A stretch of DNA of 64,000 bases. Source: Cyanobacteria bacterium SOY_34_metabat_3. Lineage in GTDB: Bacteria > Cyanobacteriota > Cyanobacteriia > Cyanobacteriales > Microcoleaceae. Where the stretch lies: positions 15,378 through 79,377 of the forward strand of contig JANNOR010000280.1 of assembly GCA_031399265.1 (NCBI GenBank), written 5' to 3'. The notes beneath the pieces were generated by a model, which was given only the letters and a program-made list of their open reading frames with translations, made no database searches and had not been told where the DNA came from. Below, one piece after another: positions 9,975 through 20,266 of the stretch; within the stretch, counting starts at the first letter, position 1, and the number at the start of each line of letters is the position of its first letter. Position numbers and translations under genes: made by a program.

Positions 9975-10781
9975 ATGATTGATAAAGGGAAAAAAAATGT
10001 ACTCGGCATATTAGTAGATGCCGTTAATTATGAAGCGGCTGTGGACAAAATTATTGTGGCAGCTAGCGCCAGGAAACCGCTGTCAGTTTCGGCTCTAGCG
10101 GTTCACGGAGTCATGACAGGGGTGCTCGATCGCACTCACCGCTATCGGATTAATCACATTGATTTAGTATTGCCGGACGGACAGCCGGTCAGGTGGGCGT
10201 TAAATTTGCTCTACAATACGGAATTGCCCGATCGAGTTTGCGGGCCGAATGCGATGCTGCAAATCTGCGAACGCGCGGCCGAGGAAGGATTGTCTATCTA
10301 TTTGTACGGCTCCAAAGATTCTGTGCTGGAGGCTTTATCTAGCAATCTTTGCCAGCGTTATCCCAAGTTAATTATTGCTGGAACTCAGCCTTCTAAATTC
10401 AGGCACGTTAAGCCCGAAGAAAAACAGGAAATTGCGCGGCAAATTCGCGATAGCGGTGCAGCAATTACTTTTGTTGGTTTGGGGTGTCCGCGACAAGAAG
10501 TTTGGGCTTATGAATACCGCGACGATTTATCAATGCCGCTGATTGCTGTAGGTGCTGCTTACGATTTTCATGCCGGTAATTTGGCTAAATCTCCAGATTT
10601 TTTAGGTAAGATAGGTTTGGAATGGTTGTTTCGGCTGATTATGGAACCCAGGCGTCTTTGGCAGCGGTATGTTTTGTTGAATCCGCTTTACGTCTGGCTG
10701 TTTTTGCTGCAAGCTTTGAAAATAAAAGAGTTCGACCCCAAAGACGCCACTGCGCCAGTGGAAGAAGTATTGTATGGTTAA
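9975..10781 (+). CDS. WecB/TagA/CpsF family glycosyltransferase
   Basis: PDGQPVRW, RVCGP, VGLGCPRQE, GLEWLFRL. Confidence 0.92.
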   Translation: MIDKGKKNVLGILVDAVNYEAAVDKIIVAASARKPLSVSALAVHGVMTGVLDRTHRYRINHIDLVLPDGQPVRWALNLLYNTELPDRVCGPNAMLQICERAAEEGLSIYLYGSKDSVLEALSSNLCQRYPKLIIAGTQPSKFRHVKPEEKQEIARQIRDSGAAITFVGLGCPRQEVWAYEYRDDLSMPLIAVGAAYDFHAGNLAKSPDFLGKIGLEWLFRLIMEPRRLWQRYVLLNPLYVWLFLLQALKIKEFDPKDATAPVEEVLYG

Positions 10782-10960
10782 AATTTCATTTATCTGTTGT
10801 GAATTTACAGTTTTGACAAATAAAAAGCCAAAAGCCAAAAGTAAAAGTAATTATTAATTATTTTTACTTTCGACTTGAAAGTTATGACGATTAAAATCTA
10901 GAATTTATGGGTTGTTTTCTGTGACTTCTGTTGTACTTGGTGTGTAACTTACTATTTATG

Positions 10961-11257
10961 TTATTGAGGAACTGACAGCCGTCCTTGTTGGATGGCTTGG
11001 AGGACTTGAGTTCGACAGCCATTGCAGTCGCAGCCTAAAGTTAGGATTGCCAGGTTTCCTATTTTGTCAGAGTTGATTTCGGGGAGTGAGGATTGGCTTT
11101 CGTCTCGATCTATTCCTGGATTGGCTGAGATTTCGCTACTGGGCTCTATGCTGAAATTTGGGGAAATTGGGGTGCTAGCATTGGCGGGATTTACCGCTAA
11201 GAGCATTAAGGTTAAAGAACCGGAGCATCCCAGCAAAGTCAGTAGGTTTTTGTTCAT
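10961..11257 (-). CDS. Small secreted hypothetical protein with CxCxxC motif
   Basis: Signal peptide ending ANA-S; C-terminal GCDCNGCR. Confidence 0.7.
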   Translation of the reverse strand: MNKNLLTLLGCSGSLTLMLLAVNPANASTPISPNFSIEPSSEISANPGIDRDESQSSLPEINSDKIGNLAILTLGCDCNGCRTQVLQAIQQGRLSVPQ

Positions 11258-11408
11258 GATAATTTTTCAGCAAACAAGCAGGATTTTAGTTTAACAGATG
11301 GAGCGATAGATTTGAGGATATCGCATAAAATTTAACTGGTTATTCGAGATTGCTTGTTTGTATTGAAACAAGTTTAGGTAAAAGTTTAGTCTAAATTCAG
11401 GCTGTTGT

Positions 11409-12872
11409 ATGTTTGTGGCAAAATTAAAAAGGTTTGAGCCGATCGACCGCGCGGCTGTATCATTAATTCTATTGCTGAGTTTGACGATCGGGTTTTTGCT
11501 GCTGGGGGGCGATCGATCTTTGCCGAAAGTGCGCGATTTTAGCTGGCAAAACAAACAAGTAGGAGCGAGAGATACCGCTTTTATTCTGACTTTCAGCCGC
11601 CCGATGGATCGTCCAAGCGTAGAAGCAAATCTGCACATCGAGCCGCCAATGCCTGGAAAAATTAGTTGGTCGGGGCGACGGTTGGTATACACTTTGATAG
11701 CGCCTCCTGAGTACGATCGCACTTATAAAATTGAATTGCAAAAAGCGCGGGAGAAACTCGGTTTTGATAAACAAGGAAAGGCGATCGCACCGTTTGTCAG
11801 TCAATTTAGCACGCCCGATCGAGCTTTTGTTTACAAGGGGACAGAAGCCGCAGAAAAAGGGCGGTTAATTCTGTACAACCTCACCCGCAAACAAAAAATC
11901 ATCCTCACTCCTGAGAACTTAGTCGTTAAAGATTTTAGAATTTACCCGGCGGGCGATCGCATCTTATTTTCTGCTAGCGAATGGTCGAAATATCAGCCTG
12001 GTTTCTACGAACAATCTTTGTATACCGCAACCACCGGCAGAAGTTCCGATCCGGCTCAAAAACCGGGCATTATCCAGCAAATTTTAGGCAATCAAGACTA
12101 CGAAAATCTCAAATTCGATTTGTCTCCTGACGGCAAGGCGATCGCCATTCAGCGCGCCAAGAGAGGTAATGCAGAAGACATTGGTTTGTGGGTGCTGCGA
12201 CCGGAAACTTCCCCGATTCCTTCTCGGCTGTTGAGTCGCCCGGCGGGAGAATTTGCGATCGCCCCAGACAGTGCAACTTTTGCCAATCCCCAAGCAGACG
12301 GCATCGCTATTTTATCCCTGACACCAAATGTCAAACCTTTAGAATTTATACCATCTTTCCGGCGAGTTTTTAGCTTCACTCCCGACGGCAGAAAATCGGC
12401 AATGCTGAAATACAACAGTGATTTTAGTCAATCAATATTCTTAGTCACAAACCAGGAATTTCAAAAAGAACTAATCCGCACCGCAGGTGAATTTCTCAAC
12501 TGTCAGTTTGACCCCAGAAATCCTCAGCTTTACTGCTTGTTAACCAGGCGGAAGCCGGGGGGAAAGTTTTCTGAGCAACTCACTCTCGAAGCAATTAATT
12601 TACAGACATTTGCCGTAAAATCGCTGTTAGTTTTGCCCGACCAAGTGGAGACAAGAATGAGTTTGTCGCCCGACGGGTTAGAATTGCTGTTGGATCGGGT
12701 TGTTACCAAGAAATCGGAAGCAGTGACAGGAGATTTGAGAACAGATGGCGGAAGTGCGATCGGCTCTTCAAGTCTTCTACTTTTAAACTTGAAAAAAGCA
12801 CCAGCATCTCATCCTTCTCCATCACCCGAAGAATTACCATTACAAGGATTTCGCCCTCGCTGGCTACCCTAG
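11409..12872 (+). CDS. Membrane-anchored Ig-like domain plus TolB-like beta-propeller protein
   Basis: N-terminal TM helix, FILTFSRPMDRPSVEANL Ig-like start, repeated SPDG/TPDG. Confidence 0.7.
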   Translation: MFVAKLKRFEPIDRAAVSLILLLSLTIGFLLLGGDRSLPKVRDFSWQNKQVGARDTAFILTFSRPMDRPSVEANLHIEPPMPGKISWSGRRLVYTLIAPPEYDRTYKIELQKAREKLGFDKQGKAIAPFVSQFSTPDRAFVYKGTEAAEKGRLILYNLTRKQKIILTPENLVVKDFRIYPAGDRILFSASEWSKYQPGFYEQSLYTATTGRSSDPAQKPGIIQQILGNQDYENLKFDLSPDGKAIAIQRAKRGNAEDIGLWVLRPETSPIPSRLLSRPAGEFAIAPDSATFANPQADGIAILSLTPNVKPLEFIPSFRRVFSFTPDGRKSAMLKYNSDFSQSIFLVTNQEFQKELIRTAGEFLNCQFDPRNPQLYCLLTRRKPGGKFSEQLTLEAINLQTFAVKSLLVLPDQVETRMSLSPDGLELLLDRVVTKKSEAVTGDLRTDGGSAIGSSSLLLLNLKKAPASHPSPSPEELPLQGFRPRWLP

Positions 12873-12915
12873 ATCCCTGCGCCGGACAGGGCATTGCCGT
12901 GTCCCTACAAACCTG

Positions 12916-13875
12916 TTATTTGCCCGCGTAAGCCCCCATCCGTTCTTTGATAAACCGGATATAAAAATGCCTGAAAGTAGACTTAATCACCCGAGGCATT
13001 CCAAAGTCGATGGGCATCATATTTTCCGGCAACTTCCAATCCAAAACCTTGAGAGTTTCAGGGTGCAAAAGCGGGAAATCGATCGCCTCTAAATTCGAGC
13101 AAAGTCCCAATCTCATCGCCGCAGCTACAGTCGGAACCAGCGCCGGATCGACATTAATAATTTCAACTACCGTTCTGTCCAAAGCAAAAACATCATCAGA
13201 CGCGCCCAAAATCCCTAAAAACTTAGGTTCGCCACCACTTGGTCCATTTCCTTCGTGACCGATAATTCCATCTAAAATTGTCAAATTCGGGTTAATTGTG
13301 CGGGCAGTTTCTACTAGCATTTGACCAAATCTGGCGCTATCTTTGCCAGCTTCCATATGCCACCAAGCCTTCATTTTACCAGGGACACAGCCGAACAAAT
13401 TTTTGACGCCCATTGTCGCGGTTAATTGAACGTGAGATTTCAGTTTGGGCAAATTAATTACTGCATCCGCTTCCATTGCTTCTTTGCAAATCCGCAGATG
13501 ATTGAAGTCTTCGCTGACAGTTTCGTAGCGTTTCCCCTGAAATTCAACTACTGGCAAATTGAGTTCTTGTAGCAGTGGCAAATAACCGTTGGCTTTGGCT
13601 ACACCCATCGCACTACCAAAGGCTGGACTGTCGCCTAAAAAAGGTTTTCCGCCCGCTTCTATGACCATTTTTGCCACGCAGTAAACTAATTCTGGGCGGG
13701 TGACGCATTCTTTGGTAGGCCGAGAACCGGTGAGAAGATTTGGTTTGAGTAAAACCCGATCGCCCTTTTTGACAAAAACCGAGATTCCGCCCAAGGGTGC
13801 GAGCAAATTTTCTAAAGATGCTTGTAAGATTTGGCGATCGTATGAATTAGCTCGAATTAAACTAACAGAAGACAT
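12916..13875 (-). CDS. DUF362 domain protein
   Basis: VLLKPNLL, TRPELV, INLPKLKSH, GVKNLFGCVPG. Confidence 0.85.
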   Translation of the reverse strand: MSSVSLIRANSYDRQILQASLENLLAPLGGISVFVKKGDRVLLKPNLLTGSRPTKECVTRPELVYCVAKMVIEAGGKPFLGDSPAFGSAMGVAKANGYLPLLQELNLPVVEFQGKRYETVSEDFNHLRICKEAMEADAVINLPKLKSHVQLTATMGVKNLFGCVPGKMKAWWHMEAGKDSARFGQMLVETARTINPNLTILDGIIGHEGNGPSGGEPKFLGILGASDDVFALDRTVVEIINVDPALVPTVAAAMRLGLCSNLEAIDFPLLHPETLKVLDWKLPENMMPIDFGMPRVIKSTFRHFYIRFIKERMGAYAGK

Positions 13876-14017
13876 GATGTTATTTGTTATTTGTTATTTG
13901 TTATTTGAGATGGGGCATTGCTAATTGGTGATTGATAATCATCGGTAATGACAAATTACCAATGATTAGTCCTCATATCCAATGCCCCATGCCCCATGCC
14001 CCATGCCCAATTCCCAA

Positions 14018-14344
14018 TTATGTAGACATCGGCAACCTACCAGCAGCAGCCCGCTGCATGGTACTAACTCGCATCGAATTAGGGAATATTCCTTGACCTT
14101 GAAGTTCGGGAATAGACGGTTTTACTTCCACTTTTACCAAGCGGGCAGTGCAGATAAAAACCGTTTGATCGACTAAATGGAAAGTCAACCAAGGTTGGCT
14201 TAACAAATGCAGCACTTCCTCTTGAAAATCTTGTGCGGGCATCGGAATACTAAAGGTTTCTGTGTGACCTTCCACATAATGAAATGTCACTTGAGTTGTG
14301 TTCTCTCTATCTTGAGTTAATTGGGCAAATGAACCTGCACGCAT
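14018..14344 (-). CDS. Hypothetical protein
   Basis: 108-aa ORF downstream of and co-oriented with aspA. Confidence 0.6.
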   Translation of the reverse strand: MRAGSFAQLTQDRENTTQVTFHYVEGHTETFSIPMPAQDFQEEVLHLLSQPWLTFHLVDQTVFICTARLVKVEVKPSIPELQGQGIFPNSMRVSTMQRAAAGRLPMST

Positions 14345-14394
14345 AAATTTTGCTCCTAAAGATGAGACTGTAAAATAATACTGCCATCTTGTGG

Positions 14395-15819
14395 CTAAGC
14401 ATTAGCAGATGATGTTGGCATCGCACTCATTTTTTCTAAATCTAGAACTTTAGCCAAATCTTCTGCATTCATTAAACCGCGTTCTAGCACAATTTGCCGC
14501 AGGGATTTGCCTGTTTCTAGGGATTCTTTGGCCACGGCGGCGGCGTTGAGATAGCCGATGTGGGTATTGAGGGCGGTAACGAGGGCGAGACTACCTTCAG
14601 CATATGCGAGACACCGATCGCCCTTAGCTTCAATTTTTTCGAGGCATTTGGTAGTCAGCGCGCTGATGGTATTGCCCAAAATTTCGATGCTGTGAATCAG
14701 ATTGTAGGCGATCAAGGGCATCATCACGTTCAACTCCAATTGTCCTGCTTGGGCACAAAGGGCGATCGCACTATCGTAACCCATGACTTGAAAACACACC
14801 ATCGAAGTCATTTCCGCCATCACAGGATTGTATTTCCCCGGCATAATTGACGAACCGGGTTGCACCGGAGGCAGTTGAATTTCTTTCAAACCCGTTTTCG
14901 GCCCGGAGTCCATCAAACGCAAGTCATGGGACATTTTAACGCAGTCCTGAGCCAGATTTCGCAGTGAACCAGACACATTTACAAAGGGTGCCATACTCTG
15001 CATAGCTGCCATTAAATTCGGTGCTGGCTTCAGAGGTTTGTCGATCAATTTAGAGAGAATTTGAGCGACTTTTTCACAGTATTCAGGATGAGTATTTAAG
15101 CCAGTTCCCACCGCACTACCCCCCAATCCCAAGGATGTCAAATCGCCCGATGCAGTCTCAATTCTGACTTTATGTTCTCTGAGAATTTGCGCCCAAGCGC
15201 GGAAGGTTTCACCGAGTCGAACCGGCACTGCATCTTGCATATGAGTGCGACCGGATTTGACGATATCTTGGAATTCTATTGCTTTGTTTTCTAAAGCCGC
15301 TACGGCATTCGACAAAGCCGGCAACAAAGTTTTTTCCAGCGCCAACAATCCGCCGATCCGAATCGCCGTCGGAATCACATCATTGGTCGATTGTCCGTAG
15401 TTTACGTGATCGTTCGGACTAACGCGCTTGTAGTTACCTTTTTCATCGCCCATAATTTCCAAAGCGCGATTAGAAAGAACTTCATTAACATTCATGTGGT
15501 GAGAAGTTCCGGCCCCAGCTTGGTAGACATCAACTACAAATTGATCGCGCAATTTACCAGCTAGGATTTCGTCCGCAGCTTCCACAATTGCTTGACTGAT
15601 GTCTTGGGGAATGCAGTCGAGTTCGCCATTGGCGATCGCGGTAGCTTTCTTAATTAAAACACAAGCATCGACGTATGTTGATAAAGGCTTAATCCCGCTA
15701 ATCGGAAAATTTTCGATAGCGCGCAGAGTTTGGATGCCGTAGTAAACATTAGATGGGATTTGTTTGTCTCCCATCGAATCGCTTTCGGTGCGGTAGGTTG
15801 CGGTTGGCTGTTCGGTCAT
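14395..15819 (-). CDS. aspA: Aspartate ammonia-lyase (class II fumarase/aspartase superfamily)
   Basis: GSSIMPGKYNP signature, QAGAGTS, GRTHMQDAVP; aspartase versus fumarase activity cannot be settled by eye. Confidence 0.8.
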   Translation of the reverse strand: MTEQPTATYRTESDSMGDKQIPSNVYYGIQTLRAIENFPISGIKPLSTYVDACVLIKKATAIANGELDCIPQDISQAIVEAADEILAGKLRDQFVVDVYQAGAGTSHHMNVNEVLSNRALEIMGDEKGNYKRVSPNDHVNYGQSTNDVIPTAIRIGGLLALEKTLLPALSNAVAALENKAIEFQDIVKSGRTHMQDAVPVRLGETFRAWAQILREHKVRIETASGDLTSLGLGGSAVGTGLNTHPEYCEKVAQILSKLIDKPLKPAPNLMAAMQSMAPFVNVSGSLRNLAQDCVKMSHDLRLMDSGPKTGLKEIQLPPVQPGSSIMPGKYNPVMAEMTSMVCFQVMGYDSAIALCAQAGQLELNVMMPLIAYNLIHSIEILGNTISALTTKCLEKIEAKGDRCLAYAEGSLALVTALNTHIGYLNAAAVAKESLETGKSLRQIVLERGLMNAEDLAKVLDLEKMSAMPTSSANA

Positions 15820-15902
15820 TCGATTTTAGATTTTAGATTTTAGATTTTAGATTATCGCACGTTTAGGGGTAACATCAAACCCAGTAACTCCGCAATCATA
15901 CA

Positions 15903-15960
15903 GTAGTAGTGCGAGCGTCTGGCTCGCGAGTCCTGCCGCGAGCCAGACGCTCGCACTGAC
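15903..15960. repeat. GTAG-type REP hairpin
   Basis: Perfect 20-bp IR 15909-15928 / 15937-15956. Confidence 0.75.
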
Positions 15961-16258
15961 CATCCAAATATATAATCCGATCCAACCGAAAACTATATAA
16001 TTTAATGGTGCAACTCTATCTAAAAAGCAACAAATGCAGAATATCTGCCAACCACTCTGCCGCTCCTCTCCAACCTCCTGCTAAACTATTAATAACCGCA
16101 TCCTCACCCACATTTACGATCGCAATATCAAGATTTGGCCATCTGATGAGTGAAGGAACAGAGAAAGATGAAAATTATGGCGCGATTTGCAAATATGGAA
16201 CTACAAAACTTGGCTGCATCATAAATCAACCGATAAACGCTTAAGGAAGGTAATTCAG

Positions 16259-16600
16259 ATGCCAGAAACAATTGATTTTGAGCAAGAAGTGTTAGAGAAT
16301 CTGCGACAATTGCCAGCAGAGAAACAAGAAGAAGTCCTCGATTTTTTACAATTTCTCGTGCAAAAAGCGTTACATAAAAAGCAGTTACCCACCGAAAGTT
16401 CTGAGTCAAATAGTTCGTCAACAACCGAACCTACTCTCAAGCTATCACTTAGAGAAATTGCTAGATTGCCGATCGCAGAACGCCATAAAATACTAGCACC
16501 ATATATGGCTGCTACAGCCGAAGATTTTTTGACAGATCCTGAATTAACCGAGTTTTCGGTACTTGATGGAGAAGACTGGGAGACTGAGTATGACTGCTAA
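16259..16600 (+). CDS. Putative antitoxin (DUF2281-like N-terminus)
   Basis: LRQLPAEKQEEVLDFLQFL; overlaps the downstream toxin start; likely start ATG 16259. Confidence 0.7.
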   Translation: MPETIDFEQEVLENLRQLPAEKQEEVLDFLQFLVQKALHKKQLPTESSESNSSSTTEPTLKLSLREIARLPIAERHKILAPYMAATAEDFLTDPELTEFSVLDGEDWETEYDC

Positions 16601-16946
16601 CCCAAAACGAGGAGAGGTTTGGCTGGTACAACTCGATCCAACCCGAGGGCAAGAAATTCAAAAAACACGTCCTGCGGTTGTGATTAGTTCGGAAATGTTT
16701 AGTTCTATCCCCATGCGGATTATAATTCCTGTGGCTACATGGCAACCTAAATTTCAAAATCGCCCCTTCATGATTCTGATTCAGCGAACTGAAGAAAACT
16801 GTTTAGACGCGGACTCAGCCGGGAATATTTTGCAAGTTCGGAGTGTAACTACTGAGCGCTTTGTCAGATGTATCGGCAAAGTTTCAGAAATGGTTTTGCA
16901 AGAATTAGTAACAGGCTTAATTCTCTGTGTTGATTATCGTCCATAA
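16590..16946 (+). CDS. PemK/MazF family toxin
   Basis: RGEVWLVQLDPTRGQEIQKTRPAVVIS. Confidence 0.92.
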   Translation: MTANPKRGEVWLVQLDPTRGQEIQKTRPAVVISSEMFSSIPMRIIIPVATWQPKFQNRPFMILIQRTEENCLDADSAGNILQVRSVTTERFVRCIGKVSEMVLQELVTGLILCVDYRP

Positions 16947-17007
16947 AATCAAGAATGTCGATCGCCCTTACGACCACAACTGATCTGAATGTAGTAAAAT
17001 TTGATAT

Positions 17008-17724
17008 CTACCCATATCTGAGTGAAAATCGTCTTATTTCATTGGCTGCTTCTTGGCGTAGATTTATTGGTTCAAGCCCACCTAGCTCTAGCCACACCAC
17101 ATTAACAGGCCTAAGTACGCCATTATTCACTGTAATAGCAGGGTATTCACAACCTGGATAATCTCCTCTAACAATCCAATCACCTTTTACTCTGCGTCGT
17201 ATAACCTCTCCTACATAGGCAATTAGATTATCATATAAATCAGCTTGAACTTTTTCAAATCCATAACTTTCAGCCTTGCTAGATACAATATCTAAACTTT
17301 TGTATGAATAATCCAATTCCTTATACAAAATATCTAAATAAATTGTTAACTGATTAATCAATTCATCAACCTTGTTAACAAGCTGTGCTTTGTTCTTTGA
17401 AAAATATATCCAATGATTTACAGAACTACCGCGATTATTAGCATAGTCATCCCTCACCTTCTGTGTCCATCGAATCATTCGCAGAAAATATTCTTTATAG
17501 TAAATATCTCCTCTACCAGGAATTAAAAACCCTTTTGGATCGAAAACAAATAGAAATCTATCATTTGATAACTCATAAATTTGAGGCTGATTCTTGTATC
17601 CAGTGTTATCTGTCTCCTCAAAGAATTTTGTAAACTCCTCATGCAGTCTTCCCTCAAATTCTATTAATTTCTGAACCTGATTTCTTTTGAGCCGTTTTGC
17701 ATTAAGAGCTTTCTTGTTTCCCAT
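17008..17724 (-). CDS. AT-rich hypothetical protein
   Basis: 238-aa ORF with low GC; LDYSYKSLD...LIAYVGEVIRRR motif. Confidence 0.7.
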   Translation of the reverse strand: MGNKKALNAKRLKRNQVQKLIEFEGRLHEEFTKFFEETDNTGYKNQPQIYELSNDRFLFVFDPKGFLIPGRGDIYYKEYFLRMIRWTQKVRDDYANNRGSSVNHWIYFSKNKAQLVNKVDELINQLTIYLDILYKELDYSYKSLDIVSSKAESYGFEKVQADLYDNLIAYVGEVIRRRVKGDWIVRGDYPGCEYPAITVNNGVLRPVNVVWLELGGLEPINLRQEAANEIRRFSLRYG

Positions 17725-17954
17725 TTTGATAATAAATTTAAATCCAACTAATACCCTGTCCAGTCAATTACCCGAAATACAAAAGTTTCGTAGTGAGGAA
17801 TGTGAGTCCCCATGCATCCCAGGACTAAAGTCATGACTATATTTTATTCTGCCCTATTGTATTTAGCATTCGCGACAAATTCTGATTTAGAATTTCATAC
17901 TCCTGTGCGTTCAAGTGCAGTTCATCACGTCTATATTTCGGCCTCAGCGCAATG

Positions 17955-18734
17955 TTAAGTGGCAGTATACATGAAATAATACCCTACATCATACTGCCTC
18001 TGCTGACGTAAATATCCATACTTGTGATTCCATACTCCTGTCTCTAAATCCCGCTCCAAACTTGATAACCCTTGCTCTAATTCATCATCAGTAATTTTGG
18101 AAAAGCTAGAGATCCCATTGCGAACGCTGTTATCCAAGTAAAGTTCCGGTCGTGCCCAACCCACCGCAGCAAATGAGTCTGACAAATCATTCGGTAACGG
18201 GAAAGGAAGTATATTCACGGGTGCATCCATAATTGACTCAATTTCAAACTTTAACTTGGCAATTGGCAAAAATGTGGACTGCACATCTGCAACAAAAGAG
18301 GGAAAATATTGCGTTAGCCAAAAACTCTCAATCATCCCTGGATCGTAATTAAAAATAACTACCTGACCGCCACCTGTAACCCTGTGGATTTCTTGCAGTG
18401 CTTGTCGATAGTTTTGGAAGTGATGGAACGCAACCATGACAATAGCTGCATCTGCTGATTGATTTGGCAAAGATAGAAGATCGGCATAGGAATCTATCCA
18501 TTGAATTGCAGGATGCGCGATCGCCTGACTTCGCATTGTTGCTGACGGCTCAACTGCCAGAACACGATACCCATGCTCAGCAAGAATAAGTGCATAAGAA
18601 CCTGTGCCAGCACCAATATCGGCAATTGTAGAAGCCTGTGAAGATTGCAGAATTTCTAACAGTTTTGTCGCTATGCGTGGATCGCTTCTTCTGGTTTGGG
18701 CGTAGGTTTTGCCGATCGTGTCGTAAAGTGCCAT
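17955..18734 (-). CDS. Class I SAM-dependent methyltransferase
   Basis: ADIGAGTGSY; likely start MALYDTIG at 18734. Confidence 0.88.
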   Translation of the reverse strand: MALYDTIGKTYAQTRRSDPRIATKLLEILQSSQASTIADIGAGTGSYALILAEHGYRVLAVEPSATMRSQAIAHPAIQWIDSYADLLSLPNQSADAAIVMVAFHHFQNYRQALQEIHRVTGGGQVVIFNYDPGMIESFWLTQYFPSFVADVQSTFLPIAKLKFEIESIMDAPVNILPFPLPNDLSDSFAAVGWARPELYLDNSVRNGISSFSKITDDELEQGLSSLERDLETGVWNHKYGYLRQQRQYDVGYYFMYTAT

Positions 18735-18937
18735 CCTCCCTCCTCCCTCTCCAATGCTTGGCCATAAATTTATCATACCGATCGCCTTCAACTCCCCCCC
18801 TCGCATCCTCCAACCCAAACAATTCTTAATAAAAACTTTATAAAACTTACCATGCTGTCAAGCATAGGTTAGAGTTATCCTAGAAAATCCAGCAATCCTG
18901 CAAAGCGTCAACATTCCCGTCACTTATCCGTGGTTCG

Positions 18938-20083
18938 ATGACTCAAACCCAAAGCACCAAAACTACCACCGCAACTGAAATACTATCCTTGACAATTGCT
19001 CCCGCGTGTGTATTGCGCGGTCAAAATGCCCTGGGGCGATCGGCAGATGCGATCGCCCGTCTCGGAAAACGCCCCCTAATCGTCGGCGGTAGCAACTCCC
19101 TCGCCACCGCCCAATCTTACCTGCAACCAATCGTCGAACACCAGCAGTTACAATCGGCCCAATTAGCCTATGGCAATGATTGCAGCGAAGTCAGCCTCGA
19201 ACGCCTGCGCGAAGCCGCTAGCAACCATCAAGCCGATTTCATCATCGGAGTTGGCGGGGGGAAAGCCCTAGATGCAGCCAAACTCCTCGCCCATCAGTGC
19301 CAAATCCAGATCGTCACAATTCCCACATCCGCAGCCACCTGCGCCGCTTGGACAGCCCTTTCTAACATCTATTCAGAACAAGGTGCATTCCAATACGATG
19401 TTACATTAGCCCGATGTCCCGACTTGCTAATCCTTGACTACGGCTTAATTCAAACAGCGCCACAGCGGACATTAGTAGCAGGAATTGGAGATGCGATCGC
19501 CAAATGGTACGAAGCATCAGTCAGCAGCGGACACTCCGAACAAACTCTGATAATTTCGGCCGTCCAACAAGCTAGAATATTGCGAGATATCTTATTTCAA
19601 AAATCTGCGATCGCACTCAAAGAGCCCGGTAGCGAAACCTGGCAAGAAGTCACAGATGCTGTCGTATTGCTAGCAGGAGTAATCGGCGGAATTGGCGGCG
19701 CCCAGTGTCGCACCGTCGCCGCCCACGCAGTCCATAACGGCTTGACTCATTTATTAGCAAGTCACGGCACATTGCACGGCGAAAAAGTTGCCTACGGAAT
19801 TTTAGTGCAACTGCGACTAGAAGAAATGTTGCAAAACAATCAACTCGCAGCCAGCGCCAGACAGCAACTATTAAAATTCTACGGCGAGATTGGATTACCC
19901 CAAACTTTAGACACTTTAGGACTCAGAGACATTACTATAACAGAATTGCAGGGTGCCGCCGAAATAGCTTGCAATCCCAATTCCGACATCCACAGACTGC
20001 CATTCAAAGTAGTTCCCGAACAATTAATGGCAGCGATGGTTTCAACGACCGCACCTGTGGGAGAATTAAAAGTCAAGAATTAA
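18938..20083 (+). CDS. Iron-containing alcohol dehydrogenase family (glycerol dehydrogenase-like)
   Basis: IGVGGGKALDAAK, IPTSAATCAAWT, HAVHNGLT, LHGEKVAYG. Confidence 0.88.
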   Translation: MTQTQSTKTTTATEILSLTIAPACVLRGQNALGRSADAIARLGKRPLIVGGSNSLATAQSYLQPIVEHQQLQSAQLAYGNDCSEVSLERLREAASNHQADFIIGVGGGKALDAAKLLAHQCQIQIVTIPTSAATCAAWTALSNIYSEQGAFQYDVTLARCPDLLILDYGLIQTAPQRTLVAGIGDAIAKWYEASVSSGHSEQTLIISAVQQARILRDILFQKSAIALKEPGSETWQEVTDAVVLLAGVIGGIGGAQCRTVAAHAVHNGLTHLLASHGTLHGEKVAYGILVQLRLEEMLQNNQLAASARQQLLKFYGEIGLPQTLDTLGLRDITITELQGAAEIACNPNSDIHRLPFKVVPEQLMAAMVSTTAPVGELKVKN

Positions 20084-20091
20084 TACCGTTC

Positions 20092-20232
20092 GTAGTAAGG
20101 ACTTTAGTCCTTCATTAAGTAAATTTTTAAGGACTGAAGTCCTCACTACAAGCTCGGAAAAATGACAACTGTTTGTAGTAAGGACTTTAGTCCTTCATGA
20201 AGTAAACTTTTAAGGACTGAAGTCCTGACTGC
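20092..20232. repeat. Two tandem GTAG-type REP doublets (AAGGACT-x-AGTCCT)
   Basis: Copies at 20092-20149 and 20175-20232. Confidence 0.8.
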
Positions 20233-20266
20233 AAACAACTAACAACTAACTACTGATAACAAACTA

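Noticed and set aside
20092-20232. Possible CRISPR repeats
   Set aside because: Units are inverted REP doublets with near-identical interiors, not repeat-spacer units
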